Shown: positions 50,757 through 62,830, numbered from the stretch's first letter. The stretch is DNA of 64,000 nt from Candidatus Latescibacterota bacterium (GCA_965206595.1 OZ242214.1:5120001-5184000); one strand, 5' to 3'. Made by a program: numbers and translations. Notes: generated by a model from the sequence alone, not told the origin.

Positions 50757-51901
50757 CCGATTTCAGAGGTGCCGACGGAATGCTGCTGATCGGGGCATCG
50801 GAACAAAACGCCGATCTGCAGTACGCCAGCGGCTTCCTCGCCCCCGATCCTTTCACAATTGTACAGTCGGCTGAGGCAAGCACGATGCTGGTCAGCGAAC
50901 TCGAGATCGACCGCGCCAAGGCGCAGGGCGCCGCCGACCAGGTGCTTTCCATTACGCCTTTCCAGCACCGAGCCGCACAGCAATCCCCGCCCCTGCCCGG
51001 GGCCCATCTGTACTACGGGGCCGTGGCGCTGGCGCTGGTCGAGATCGGCCTGAAACGGCTGCTCGTCCCCGCGGACTTTCCGGTTTCGGCCGCAGATTTT
51101 CTTCGCGCGGAGGGGTTTGAGCTTCAGGTCGCCGAACCACCGCTTTTTCCGCAAAGAGCCGTCAAGAGTCCTTCCGAGCTGGAAGCGATTCATTCTGCCC
51201 TGATGGCTGCCGAGGCCGGAATGGATGCCGCCATCGCAGCGCTCCAGGCCTCCTCAGTGGATGATGACGGTCTTCTGCGGTTGGAGGGTGAAACCCTTAC
51301 TTCGGAGAAAATCCGCTATCTGATTCACTACCGGCTCCTCGACCTGAACTGCGTCGCCGAGCACACCATTGTCGCCTGCGGGGCGGCCAGCTGCGACCCT
51401 CACGAGGAGGGAAGCGGCCCGCTGCGCGCGCATCAGCCCATCGTGATCGACATCTTTCCGCGGTCGGCGGCGACGCGCTATTTCGGGGACATCACCCGCA
51501 CCGTCGTGAAGGGATGTGCCAGCGATGATTTGAAGCGCATGTACGACACCGTTCGGCGCGCCCAGGAGAAGGCGTTGACCCAAGTGCGCAACGGAGCCGA
51601 CGGCGTGGCAATCCATCGCGGAATCCTCGAGCTGTTCGAGGAGGCCGGATTTGCAACAGGGGAGCGGGATGGCCGAATGCAGGGCTTCTTTCACGGAACC
51701 GGGCATGGCCTCGGGCTCGAGATTCACGAGGCTCCTAGCATTTCCTCGCGCGGTGGCCCACTCCAAACCGGCCACGTCGTCACAGTGGAACCAGGGCTTT
51801 ACTACGCCGGCGTCGGCGGGGTGCGAATCGAGGATGTGGTGGCAGTTGCGGACGACGGCTGCAGGTTGCTTACCCGTTTTCCGAAGTTCCTCGAACTTTA
51901 G
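50753..51901 (+). CDS. M24 family Xaa-Pro peptidase
   Basis: DIFPR..YFGDITRT, HGTGHGLGLEIHE, TVEPGLY, GVRIED. Confidence 0.92.
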   Translation: MTDFRGADGMLLIGASEQNADLQYASGFLAPDPFTIVQSAEASTMLVSELEIDRAKAQGAADQVLSITPFQHRAAQQSPPLPGAHLYYGAVALALVEIGLKRLLVPADFPVSAADFLRAEGFELQVAEPPLFPQRAVKSPSELEAIHSALMAAEAGMDAAIAALQASSVDDDGLLRLEGETLTSEKIRYLIHYRLLDLNCVAEHTIVACGAASCDPHEEGSGPLRAHQPIVIDIFPRSAATRYFGDITRTVVKGCASDDLKRMYDTVRRAQEKALTQVRNGADGVAIHRGILELFEEAGFATGERDGRMQGFFHGTGHGLGLEIHEAPSISSRGGPLQTGHVVTVEPGLYYAGVGGVRIEDVVAVADDGCRLLTRFPKFLEL

Positions 51902-52073
51902 CCTTCGCCCACGAACCCCGAAAGCCAGACTGCCGGCGGCTGACGGCTGTTGTCGGAGAATTTGACGGCAAGTGAGTGGCAGGGCGTTGATTTGCGAACC
52001 CGTACCCTATTGAGGAAGTTTTTTCAGTTGGCTGAACGAACCGCAATCCGGCTGACTGTCTCTTTTCCCCCTG

Positions 52074-52523
52074 ATGCTGATGAAACGCTACAGGTTTGTA
52101 ATCGGCTCCCTGGTCATCGCGGCTGGCCTCGTCTATCTGTTCTCCACCGGGGTGCGCGAGTCGGCAGCCCATCACATGACACTGTCGCTGCTGGAGCGCG
52201 CGAATGATACGCAGTTCAGCGGCCGCCGCATCCAACTCGGCGGCTGTGCGGTAGTCAAGGGATCGATCATATGGGACGAGTACCGTCACCGGCCCGCGTT
52301 TACCGTCGGCGATGGGGAGCGCACCCTGCAAGTCAGGTACTCGGGAAACTCCGTCCTCCCCGACACGTTTCAGGATGAGGCGCTGGTGGTGATGGAAGGC
52401 CGATACCTGCCGCGGCAGCGCCTCTTCGATGCCGACATCATCTTCGCCAAATGCCCTTCGAAATACGAAGGCCAGAGTTACGAGGGCCATGTCGAGGCAA
52501 TGGGCGAAGCGCCCAAGCCTTAG
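52074..52523 (+). CDS. ccmE: Cytochrome c maturation heme chaperone, Cys-type (CxxxY)
   Basis: N-terminal TM helix, V.GS, LPDTF, AKCPSKY. Confidence 0.9.
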   Translation: MLMKRYRFVIGSLVIAAGLVYLFSTGVRESAAHHMTLSLLERANDTQFSGRRIQLGGCAVVKGSIIWDEYRHRPAFTVGDGERTLQVRYSGNSVLPDTFQDEALVVMEGRYLPRQRLFDADIIFAKCPSKYEGQSYEGHVEAMGEAPKP

Positions 52524-52558
52524 GTCCAACCCACCCCGCCAACATCTGAGTCCCTGAT

Positions 52559-54577
<2,019 letters not shown>

Positions 54578-54583
54578 ATTCTC

Positions 54584-55090
54584 ATGATCCGCGCAACCGC
54601 TGTTTTTGCCGGCGTTGTTCTGGCGTCCTGGTTTCCCGCAACCAGTCACACCGCGGCAATAGGACAGAATGAACGGCTCCCCACCCCTGAGCAGATTAAA
54701 CAAGTCGCCTCCGACCTCGTCTGTCTGTGCGGGAGCTGCAACCGTGAATCCCTGACAACCTGCGTCTGCACCGCCTTCGCCGTTCCGGAACGGGAGGCAA
54801 TTGGCCGCCAAATGGCTTCTGGAGTGAGAGACGAAGAGATCGTGGCCAGTTACGTCGAACGTTTCGGCATTTCGGTCCTTGCCGAGCCCCCTCCAGGTGG
54901 AGCACGCTGGGTCAGTCGACTGACGCCGGTCGCCGTTCTGTTTGCCGGAGTTCTCGCTGTTCTCGCGGTATTGCACCAATGGCTTCGGAGAGATAAGTCG
55001 CAGGTCGCGGAAGCCCCTCCCCAGGATGGCGAGCGCTCAGAATATGAATCCCGGCTTCGGGAAGATCTGGCGCGCATGGACAGGGAGTAA
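54584..55090 (+). CDS. ccmH: CcmH/CcmL-like thiol-redox component
   Basis: LVCLCGSC motif, G..DEEIV..YVERFG..VLAEPP, C-terminal TM helix. Confidence 0.8.
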   Translation: MIRATAVFAGVVLASWFPATSHTAAIGQNERLPTPEQIKQVASDLVCLCGSCNRESLTTCVCTAFAVPEREAIGRQMASGVRDEEIVASYVERFGISVLAEPPPGGARWVSRLTPVAVLFAGVLAVLAVLHQWLRRDKSQVAEAPPQDGERSEYESRLREDLARMDRE

Positions 55091-55098
55091 CCCAAAGC

Positions 55099-55545
55099 GT
55101 GGATATCGCGATTATCGCCACCTGCGTGGCAATGGCGCTGACGATCCTGGCATTCGTTGCAGTCCCATTGTTCGAAGCCACCTCCGGTTCGACGGCACTG
55201 CGAGCGAGTGGCCGGCGTCGATTGGCGTTGCACGAGCGCAAGGAGCAACTCTACGCTTCGATAAAGGAGCTCGAATTCGATCACTCCGTCGGCAAGCTGT
55301 CCGACGACGACTACCAGCGACAGCGGACAGTGCTGGAGGACCAGGCGGTCGGAATCCTGCGCGAGCTTGATCAGCTGAATGGGTATCCCGCCTCGGAGCA
55401 ACGCATCGCACGCATAGAGCGTGACATCGCCGAAATGCGCTCGCGGAAGGATCTTCCCGCGGCTGCGGCTTTCTTCTGTACTGCTTGCGGTGCCCCGGGT
55501 GCGGAGAGCCACCGCTTCTGCTCCCAGTGTGGCGCTCCCCTGTGA
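55099..55545 (+). CDS. CcmI-like N-terminal protein with a C-terminal zinc ribbon
   Basis: TM helix, IKELEFDHSVGKLSDDDY, CTACG..FCSQCG. Confidence 0.72.
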   Translation: MDIAIIATCVAMALTILAFVAVPLFEATSGSTALRASGRRRLALHERKEQLYASIKELEFDHSVGKLSDDDYQRQRTVLEDQAVGILRELDQLNGYPASEQRIARIERDIAEMRSRKDLPAAAAFFCTACGAPGAESHRFCSQCGAPL

Positions 55546-56681
55546 CTCCGGTAAAAGCGCTTGGCCGTATCGCCGTCCTCTATTTTGCACTGCTTCTCAC
55601 TCCGCTCTGCGGCGACACGATCGAGGCCTACGTCGTTCACGGCGAATCGGGCGAATCCCTGGGCGGCATCGAAGTCGCCTTTCTGGTCGTCCGAGCTTCG
55701 CCGGAGGAGATCCTGCGCAAGCGCACCGATGGTGGAGGTAGAATCTCCTTCTCCGGTCCCTTCCTGACCCGGGACCTTACCTTCATACTCGTCCCTTTCT
55801 ACCGCGGCATTCCCTACCCCACCGCGCGCTTGCAGGCCGGCACCCAGAAACAGATCGTTCTCGAGGTATTCGAACCGGACGGCGAGAGAGCGGATCTGAA
55901 AATCGACAACCACCGCATGGTTCTCACCGTCGGTTCGGAAAAGATCGAAGTCGCCCAATTCGTCGAGATCGAAAACCAGGGACGCGGGACCTATGCGGGA
56001 AGCGGTGATGGGGAGAAACGGCGAGTAACCGAATTCCTGTTGCCTGCCGGCGCGTTCGGCTTGCGCTCCCTTTCCGGAGATCTGAAACCGGGAGAAGCCA
56101 ACCGGTTCTTCGACACCCAACCTCTTCCCCCTGGACATTCCACAATCGCGTTTTCTTTCGAACTCGATCGGACGACCGCGGGCTCGCGATACCGCCACCA
56201 CTTCCTCTACCCGACGAAGCTCCTCGAGCTGTACCTGTCCCCGGCGGCCATTGACCTGCCGTCGCCATTCGTCGACCGGGGCGAAGTCCGGATTCACGAG
56301 CGTGCATACCGCAGGTACCTGCTCCGACCCGAGGCCGGCGCCGCCGTGGTCGACATTCCGCTGGCGGCCCACAGTCCGAAGGGCTGGATGATGAAATGGC
56401 TGGCCCTGGGGGGTGCGTTGGTGACAGCCCTGCTCGCAGCAGGAGTCAGCAGGGGACTGCAAGTCCCCGAGGAAACTGCGTCCTTGCGCGAGCAAACAGC
56501 CCTGTCCGCTGGTATAGACCCTCAGGCAAGCAGGGAAGAGCTCGAGCGAATACGCACCCAGCTCCTCACAAAGCTGGCTTCCTATCCACGTGGGGATCTC
56601 GCAAGCGATGAGCACGCACGCCGGAAGGGTCTTATGCGCCGAGCCGAGGCTGTATATCAGCTTCTGGAAGAGGATGCCTGA
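55542..56681 (+). CDS. Hypothetical membrane-anchored periplasmic protein in the ccm operon
   Basis: Signal peptide, beta-rich domains, C-terminal TM helix and coiled coil; overlaps the upstream stop codon. Confidence 0.7.
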   Translation: MTPVKALGRIAVLYFALLLTPLCGDTIEAYVVHGESGESLGGIEVAFLVVRASPEEILRKRTDGGGRISFSGPFLTRDLTFILVPFYRGIPYPTARLQAGTQKQIVLEVFEPDGERADLKIDNHRMVLTVGSEKIEVAQFVEIENQGRGTYAGSGDGEKRRVTEFLLPAGAFGLRSLSGDLKPGEANRFFDTQPLPPGHSTIAFSFELDRTTAGSRYRHHFLYPTKLLELYLSPAAIDLPSPFVDRGEVRIHERAYRRYLLRPEAGAAVVDIPLAAHSPKGWMMKWLALGGALVTALLAAGVSRGLQVPEETASLREQTALSAGIDPQASREELERIRTQLLTKLASYPRGDLASDEHARRKGLMRRAEAVYQLLEEDA

Positions 56682-56693
56682 GGCTGGGAACTC

Positions 56694-57380
56694 ATGGCTG
56701 GACCTGCCATACAACTCTTCGATGTCAGCAAACACTTCGGGCCTCTGGTTGCTCTGGACGGGATTTCTCTGACCATAGGGCCCGGCGAGTTCGTCCTCGT
56801 AGCAGGTCCCAACGGTGCCGGAAAAAGCACCTTTGTGCGATTGTTGTCCGGCCTGTCACAACCCACTCGTGGACGGGTGTTGATTTCCGGTTCTGAGCCG
56901 CACAAGGCATCCGCGCGGCACGCCGTTGGCTTGCTTTCGCATCAGCCCATGCTTTACGGCGACCTTTCTGCCAGAGAGAATCTCGAATTTTTCGCCCGTA
57001 TGTACGGAGTTCCGCACGAATCCCGCGTAGACACCCTGATCGCCGAGGGAGGGATCGAGCAGTTTCAGCACCGCCGGGTTTGCGAGCTTTCGCGCGGGAT
57101 GAAGCAACGCATGGCCCTCGCGCGCGCCATGGTTCAGGATCCGGGGTTGCTTCTGCTCGACGAGCCGTTCGAGGCTCTGGACGACAAAGGCTCAGGCGAC
57201 TTGCTGCGGCAGCTGCGACATCTCAAGAGTCTGGGGAAAACCGTTGTCGTCATCGCTCACCGATTCGATGAGTTGGCCGATCTCGTTACCCGCCTCGTCC
57301 TTTTGCGTGGAGGGCGCCTGCAGCGGCAATCCCCATGGGAAGGAGACGCCCGCCAGCTGCTGGCGGCCTGTACGGTTTAA
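56694..57380 (+). CDS. ccmA: Heme exporter ABC ATPase CcmA
   Basis: GPNGAGKST, LSRGMKQR, LLLDEPF; ccm operon context. Confidence 0.85.
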   Translation: MAGPAIQLFDVSKHFGPLVALDGISLTIGPGEFVLVAGPNGAGKSTFVRLLSGLSQPTRGRVLISGSEPHKASARHAVGLLSHQPMLYGDLSARENLEFFARMYGVPHESRVDTLIAEGGIEQFQHRRVCELSRGMKQRMALARAMVQDPGLLLLDEPFEALDDKGSGDLLRQLRHLKSLGKTVVVIAHRFDELADLVTRLVLLRGGRLQRQSPWEGDARQLLAACTV

Positions 57381-57724
57381 GTCTTCCGCATTTCAGAGGG
57401 AAAACTCACGATGTCAATCTCCTCGGCCACCTTGTGCTGGAACCGGGCGCCTTCTATTTAAATCATGGTCCGCGGATACATCGACCTCGCGCGGCTGTAT
57501 ACCTTCACTCGGCAGGCCGTTTTCTTTGTTATCCGGGCAAAACGCAATCTGGCCTATCGCCAGCGTGCCTCGCGTGGCGTCGACAAAACAACCGGCGTGC
57601 GTAGCGACCAGCGCTTTGTCCTGTGCGGCCCAATAACCTCAAAAGAGTACCCCGACGCGCTTCGCCGCATAAGTTTCTTCGACAGTCGAATCGAAGAAGC
57701 GATTGGTCTTCCTGAACAACTAAT

Positions 57725-59302
57725 GGGCGCCTTAGCCAATTGTTATAGCGTAATACAGGTGCGTATATGTATATTTTACAATACGTTGCCTTCTGCTGCC
57801 GCATCCCCTGCGGCGCGCTCCCCTGATTTCAGAAAGAAGGGGAGCGATGAGTGCCATTCTTTCTCTGGAAGTCTTTCAGGAGCGGCAGTGTCAGGAGCGC
57901 TTTCGAAGCCGAGCGCATGCCGCCTTGGACCGGTTCCAGGATCGGCTGGAGACCCCAATGAGCGAGCCCGGATCTTGTGCGCCGACGTTGATGGAGATCA
58001 CCGCGGCGGTGTCCCAAGAGCGCTGCGGGTTCACCGCGGCGTTGGTGGAAGCCTTCATCGAACGCCGCCACGGACCGTGCTTGGGGCAAGAAGAGGCGGC
58101 CTGCCCCAAGTGTGAGCGTCTTCTGCAGGCTAAGGCCGTCGCGTTCGCGCACGGTGGAAACGCTGCTGGGTGCGGTGACCTTGGAGCGGCCCTATTTCTA
58201 CTGCGCGGCCTGTCACCACGGATTCTATCCGCTGGACGAGGCCCTGGGTCTGTCGGGGCAGCGCAAGCAGTGGGACGTGCAGCAGGCCGGGGTCAAGCTG
58301 GGGCTGGAGATGCCCCACCAGCGCGCCTCGAAGCTGCTGGACGAGCTCACCGACGCATCGATGAGCGACTGTGCGCTCCACGACGTGCTGCACCGGACCG
58401 GGTCGTTGCAGGTGCTGCATGTCTGTCCGGATGCGGCCGATATCCAGGATCGCATCGCCCAGGCGGCCGCCTGGCGCAAGTGGCGGCCCATCGTGGTGTT
58501 GGCTATCGATGCGGCCGAGGTGCCCAGTCGCCCGGAGACGGCCAAAGGCACCCGGCCGGGCCGCAAGAAGAGCCGGGCTCGGCGCCAGCGCTGGCAGGGC
58601 GAGTATCGCGAAGCCAAGGGATTCCGTTTCTACCTGGTCGACGACGAACGCATCGTGCACTTGATCTCCTGGCACCAGATGGGCGACGAACAGGCCTTCG
58701 GCGCGGCCTTGCGCCAGGTCAAGGAGGCCGGCCTGCTGATCCCGGAGGACCAGGTGCGCCTGTGTGCCATCGGGGACGGAGCCCCGTGGATCTGGAAGTG
58801 GGTGGAAGAGCTGTTCCCCAGCGCCCGTCAGATCCTCGACTACTATCACTGCAGCCGCTACCTGCACGCGGTGGCAGAGGCCCAATACGGGGCCGATGCG
58901 GAACGCGCCACCCAGTGGCTGGAAGCGAGTCTGGCGCGCCTGTTCTGCGGCGAGGGCGCCGGCGTGGTCTGGGGGCTGCAGCGCATGCAGCCGGTCTCCG
59001 AAGAAGCCGACGAGGCGATCGCCTCGGCCCTGAGCTACTTGCACAAGCGCCTGCACCAGGTGGATTTCGGCAGTCACCGCAAGGGCGGATACCCGATCGG
59101 CTCGGGTGCGATCGAATCGGCGCATCGCTTCATCGGCCATGTTCGTCTGAAACGATCCGGCGCTTGGTGGTATAAGGAAAACAGCAACGCCATTCTCGCC
59201 TTGCGCTGCGCCCTATACAATGGAACCCTTGATCGGGTCTTTCAGCAGCACCGCGATACCCTCGAACGACCACCGTAATCGCAACAATCAGCTAAGGCTC
59301 CC
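57725..59302 (+). mobile_element. ISKra4-like insertion sequence
   Basis: Inverted repeats GGGCGCCTTAGCCAATTGTT / GGGAGCCTTAGCTGATTGTT; flanking 8-bp near-duplication CAACTAAT / CAACCAAT. Confidence 0.85.
57847..59278 (+). pseudogene. ISKra4-like transposase with a +1 frameshift near 58130
   Basis: CPKC in one frame continues as RTVETLLG..RPYFYC..C..GFYPLD, GDGAPWIW, LDYYH, IGSGAIES in the next frame. Confidence 0.8.
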
Positions 59303-59679
59303 CAACCAATTCCTCCTCCCTCCTTTGACCATCGCCCAGTTGTATCGATGTTGCTGGCAGGTGGAGTTGTTCTTCAAATGGATCAAGCACCTGCGCATCA
59401 AGGCCTTTTGCGTTACCTCCGAAAACGCGGTAAAAGACTAAAATTTGGATCGCCATCAGCATGTACGTGCTCGTGGCCATCGAGAAGAAGCAGCTGTAAG
59501 TCGACCCGCAGTCTCTCCGAAATTCTGCAAATTCTCACCGTTACGGTTTTAGAAAGTCGATATTTTACACTTACAGAAGCCCATTTCCAAAACCAATCAG
59601 AATACCTTTGTAACCAGTTGAATTTATTCGACTTATAACGGAACACTACTGCCTCGAGGTATATCCGCGAGTTTGGAGT

Positions 59680-60405
59680 ATGAAGAGAACTGGACGAGTG
59701 GGTGCTTCCCTGACTAGGCAAATCGGCACGATCCTGTGGAAGGACACGACGCTCGAGTGGCGCACGAAAGCCCGGCTTGTCCCCACGGCTTTTTTCGTGC
59801 TCCTGATGCTGCTGGTGTTCAACTTTTCCTTCGAACTGGGCGGAGCCGCCTTGACCGAGATCGGCCCGGGGGTATTGTGGGGGGCTTTTATTTTCGCGAG
59901 CCTGTTCGGGCTCAACCAGACCTTTGCGTCGGAGCGGGATAATCACTGTCTGGATGCGCTTCTGCTGTCCTCCGGAAGTCCCTCCGCTCTCTACTTGGCC
60001 AAGATGCTGGGGAACGTCCTTTTTCTGCTCGTAGTTGAAATGATCAGCATGCCCGCCTTCGCGCTCTTTTTCAACCTCTCCCTCAGCCCTCCGCTGATAC
60101 TCTTGCTTCCCGTTCTGGTGCTGGGCTCTGCAGGGCTGGCGGCGGTGGGAACACTGTTTGCCGCCATGGCGCAACAAACGCGGCTTCGCGAGTTCATTCT
60201 TCCCATGCTGATACTGCCAGTTATAGTGCCCCTGGTCATATCCTGCGTTGAGGCAACAACCGCGGCATTGGAGCAGGTGCGCCTCGGCCTGCAGGCGGGT
60301 CTGCGTGCCGAGTGGTGGCGGCATCTGCAGATACTCGCCGTGTATACGTTGGTTTTCACTACGCTGTCGACAATGTTGTTCGGCTACGTAGTCGAGGAAT
60401 CCTGA
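59680..60405 (+). CDS. ccmB: Heme exporter permease CcmB
   Basis: WKD..LEWR, PGVLW, ERDN.CLD.LL, LPMLILPVIVP. Confidence 0.92.
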   Translation: MKRTGRVGASLTRQIGTILWKDTTLEWRTKARLVPTAFFVLLMLLVFNFSFELGGAALTEIGPGVLWGAFIFASLFGLNQTFASERDNHCLDALLLSSGSPSALYLAKMLGNVLFLLVVEMISMPAFALFFNLSLSPPLILLLPVLVLGSAGLAAVGTLFAAMAQQTRLREFILPMLILPVIVPLVISCVEATTAALEQVRLGLQAGLRAEWWRHLQILAVYTLVFTTLSTMLFGYVVEES

Positions 60406-60410
60406 CCCTA

Positions 60411-61085
60411 ATGGGGTCCCGCTTTCTGTCGATTTGCGTGTTCGCCGCAATGCTGCTTGCCTTGGCAGCGGTCTTTCTGTACGCACCGACCGAGCGGGAA
60501 ATGGGAGAGGTGCAAAGGATCTTCTACTTCCACGTCCCGGCAGCCATGACCGCCTTCGCTGCTTTTTTCATCGTCTTCATCGGCAGCATCGCCTACCTCA
60601 ACACGCGTCAGGCACGCTGGGACCAAATCGCCCTGGCCGCGGCGGAACTCGGGGTCCTGTTTTCAACCATCAACCTCGTAACCGGTCCGCTGTGGGCAAA
60701 GCCGGTCTGGGGTGTGTACTGGCGCTGGGAACCACGCCTGACGACGATGCTTATAACCTTCGCCATGTACGTCGCCTACCTGATGGTTCGCGCCTACGCA
60801 TCCGGCGAAGCGAACCAGATGCGACCCATCGCCGCGGTGCTTGGGATCGTCGCGTTCGTCAATATTCCGCTCGTTTACTACTCGGTGGATTTGTGGGCGC
60901 CGGAGCAGCAACTGCACCCACAGCGGGGAATCCAGATCGCGCCGGAGATGGCGCAGACGAAATACCTCTGTTATCTGGCTTTCGGATTGCTGTTCTTCTA
61001 CCTGCTGAGATTGAGGGTGGAGTTGGAACGCTCCGCAGGGGTTCTCGAAGAAATTCGATTCCGCTTCCGGCAGTCCGACTCGTGA
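60411..61085 (+). CDS. ccmC: Heme exporter CcmC
   Basis: RIFYFHVP, TGPLWAKPVWGVYWRWEPRLTT, LHP. Confidence 0.93.
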   Translation: MGSRFLSICVFAAMLLALAAVFLYAPTEREMGEVQRIFYFHVPAAMTAFAAFFIVFIGSIAYLNTRQARWDQIALAAAELGVLFSTINLVTGPLWAKPVWGVYWRWEPRLTTMLITFAMYVAYLMVRAYASGEANQMRPIAAVLGIVAFVNIPLVYYSVDLWAPEQQLHPQRGIQIAPEMAQTKYLCYLAFGLLFFYLLRLRVELERSAGVLEEIRFRFRQSDS

Positions 61086-61138
61086 AGCAGGCGGCCGTGC
61101 CGCCGGTCACAACACTCGAACTCCCGAAAGGGTTTCCG

Positions 61139-61300
61139 ATGCAGACCGATCCCAACCTCGCCTATCTGTTCGCGGCTTGCACCGCTGTCTGGGTCATCCT
61201 GTTCGCTTACGTCGCGCACCTGAAAAAACGCAGCTCTTCCCTGGCTGAGCAGTTGCGCCATCTGTCCTTTTCCACTCGAGCAACAAACGACGAAAGTTGA
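61139..61300 (+). CDS. ccmD: CcmD-family small membrane protein
   Basis: 53 aa; YLFAA.TAVWVILFAYV..L followed by a charged tail; directly after ccmC. Confidence 0.75.
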   Translation: MQTDPNLAYLFAACTAVWVILFAYVAHLKKRSSSLAEQLRHLSFSTRATNDES

Positions 61301-61310
61301 TATTAATCAA
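61297..61310. promoter_or_regulatory. Perfect FNR-type (CRP/FNR family) box
   Basis: TTGAT-ATTA-ATCAA. Confidence 0.55.
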
Positions 61311-61346
61311 TTGTTTATGGCGATTTAGTTTGTTCGGCAGATGCTG

Positions 61347-61376
61347 TTGACACGCTTTTTTGCAGCGTGTTATATT
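61347..61376 (+). promoter_or_regulatory. Sigma70 promoter with an internal inverted repeat
   Basis: TTGACA, 18-bp spacer, TG-n-TATATT; ACACGCT/AGCGTGT inverted repeat spans the spacer. Confidence 0.55.
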
Positions 61377-61425
61377 TCGCCAACGTAGCGGGCAACCCTT
61401 CCTCTGCTCAAAGTGCGCGGCTACC

Positions 61426-62061
61426 ATGGTTGAGATGCAGGTACGAGAAATACAGGCCAATTCCGGGCCCTATCACCGTGTTGTCCTCCAAGAGAAGGAG
61501 GGTGCCTCCTACCTGCATATCAGGATCGGACCCAGCGAAGCCGGGGCTATTTCCGCTGCCCGCAATGGTCAGAGGCCGGTGCGTCCACTGAGTTATGATC
61601 TAGCCTGCGCGTTGCTCACGGAAATAAACGCCCGCATCGAGCGGGTCGAAATCACCGCCCTCCGCGACGGCATCTATTACGCCGAGATTCACCTCCAAAG
61701 TGCAGACGGCACAGCCACCGCCATCGATTCGCGCCCGAGCGACGCGATTGCCCTCGCTTTGCGGACAGATGCGCCGATTTTCGCCTCTGAAGACGTGCTC
61801 GAGGAGGGGGATGAAAATGCCCTGGAGCCGTCCAGACCCCCGGAACCCGCGCGTAGCAAGCCCCCCCTCAAGAAACCGGGTTTCCGCGAGTTTCCCTGCA
61901 CAGGGATGAAAGAAATGTCCGGCCGGCCGACCTGCGACGACGATACATCGAGCGCGCTCGATGTATTGAAGAGGCGCTTGAGGCACGCGGTGTCGGAGGA
62001 AGCATACGAAGAAGCGGCGCGACTTCGCGACTGCATCACCGAACTCCAGCGCCAACCCTGA
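61426..62061 (+). CDS. Bifunctional nuclease (DUF151) family protein with a UVR domain, copy 1
   Basis: L.I.IG..EA.AI, RPLSYDL, IDSRPSDAIALALR, EEAYEEAARLRD. Confidence 0.88.
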   Translation: MVEMQVREIQANSGPYHRVVLQEKEGASYLHIRIGPSEAGAISAARNGQRPVRPLSYDLACALLTEINARIERVEITALRDGIYYAEIHLQSADGTATAIDSRPSDAIALALRTDAPIFASEDVLEEGDENALEPSRPPEPARSKPPLKKPGFREFPCTGMKEMSGRPTCDDDTSSALDVLKRRLRHAVSEEAYEEAARLRDCITELQRQP

Positions 62062-62075
62062 ACGCGGCATTGCGG

Positions 62076-62789
62076 ATGAAGACTGAGAGCTCAAAATCCA
62101 CTGGCGCTCTTGTGGAGATGTCCGTCCTCAGAGTGAGCCCTTTTCCTCGCGCCGAAAAACCGCTCCTCTGGCTGTGTGAAAAGAACGCAGATGTGCCGCG
62201 GTTGCTCCCGATCGCCATAGGTGAATTCGAGGCAGCCGCTATCCTGATGAAACTCCGTCCAGACCAGCCTCCGCTGCGACCTATCTCCCACGACTTGTTG
62301 ACGACCATGCTCAAGCGCCTGAACGCGGGTGCACAAAGAATCGTCATTCACTCCGTGCACAATTCCACTTTCTACGCGACCGTAGTCCTGGAAATCGACG
62401 GAGTCCTGCACGAGGTAGACGCCAGGCCTTCCGATGCCGTGGCCATGGGACTGCGGGCGAAGGTCCCCCTGTATGCGACGAGGAAGGTTCTGGACGTGGC
62501 TGGATACCCAAGCGGCGAATCCATTGACAAGGCGATCGAATACTTCTACGAGTTCGACCCTCAGATTGTCGATAATGTCGGGACAGACCCCGAGCTCCAA
62601 GGGCTTGATGCCTGCATTCCTCACTCGGAGGAGGAGGAAACCGGTCTCGCCTGTACGGAAGCCACCCACTCTCACAGACTGAAACTGCTGCGCGATCTGC
62701 TCGAAATAGCCGTCATCTGCGAGGAATACGAAAAAGCTGCGGAGTTGCGTGACGAGATTGCCCGCTCCACCTCAGGGCACGACTCGTAA
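62076..62789 (+). CDS. Bifunctional nuclease (DUF151) family protein with a UVR domain, copy 2
   Basis: LPIAIGEFEAAAI, RPISHDL, VDARPSDAVA, EEYEKAAELRDEI. Confidence 0.88.
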   Translation: MKTESSKSTGALVEMSVLRVSPFPRAEKPLLWLCEKNADVPRLLPIAIGEFEAAAILMKLRPDQPPLRPISHDLLTTMLKRLNAGAQRIVIHSVHNSTFYATVVLEIDGVLHEVDARPSDAVAMGLRAKVPLYATRKVLDVAGYPSGESIDKAIEYFYEFDPQIVDNVGTDPELQGLDACIPHSEEEETGLACTEATHSHRLKLLRDLLEIAVICEEYEKAAELRDEIARSTSGHDS

Positions 62790-62830
62790 TCACGGTTTGG
62801 TCCCTAGGTCTCGACCCGACTGAAATTACT

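Larger units (their letters stand above)
57381..59651 (+). mobile_element. Degraded, 5'-truncated IS4-family element interrupted by a second IS
   Basis: Frameshifted transposase pieces GKTHDVN..EPGAFY, RGYID..FFVIRAK, LYR..WQVELFFKWIK, NQLNLFDL; right end ..GGAACACTACTG at 59651. Confidence 0.8.
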
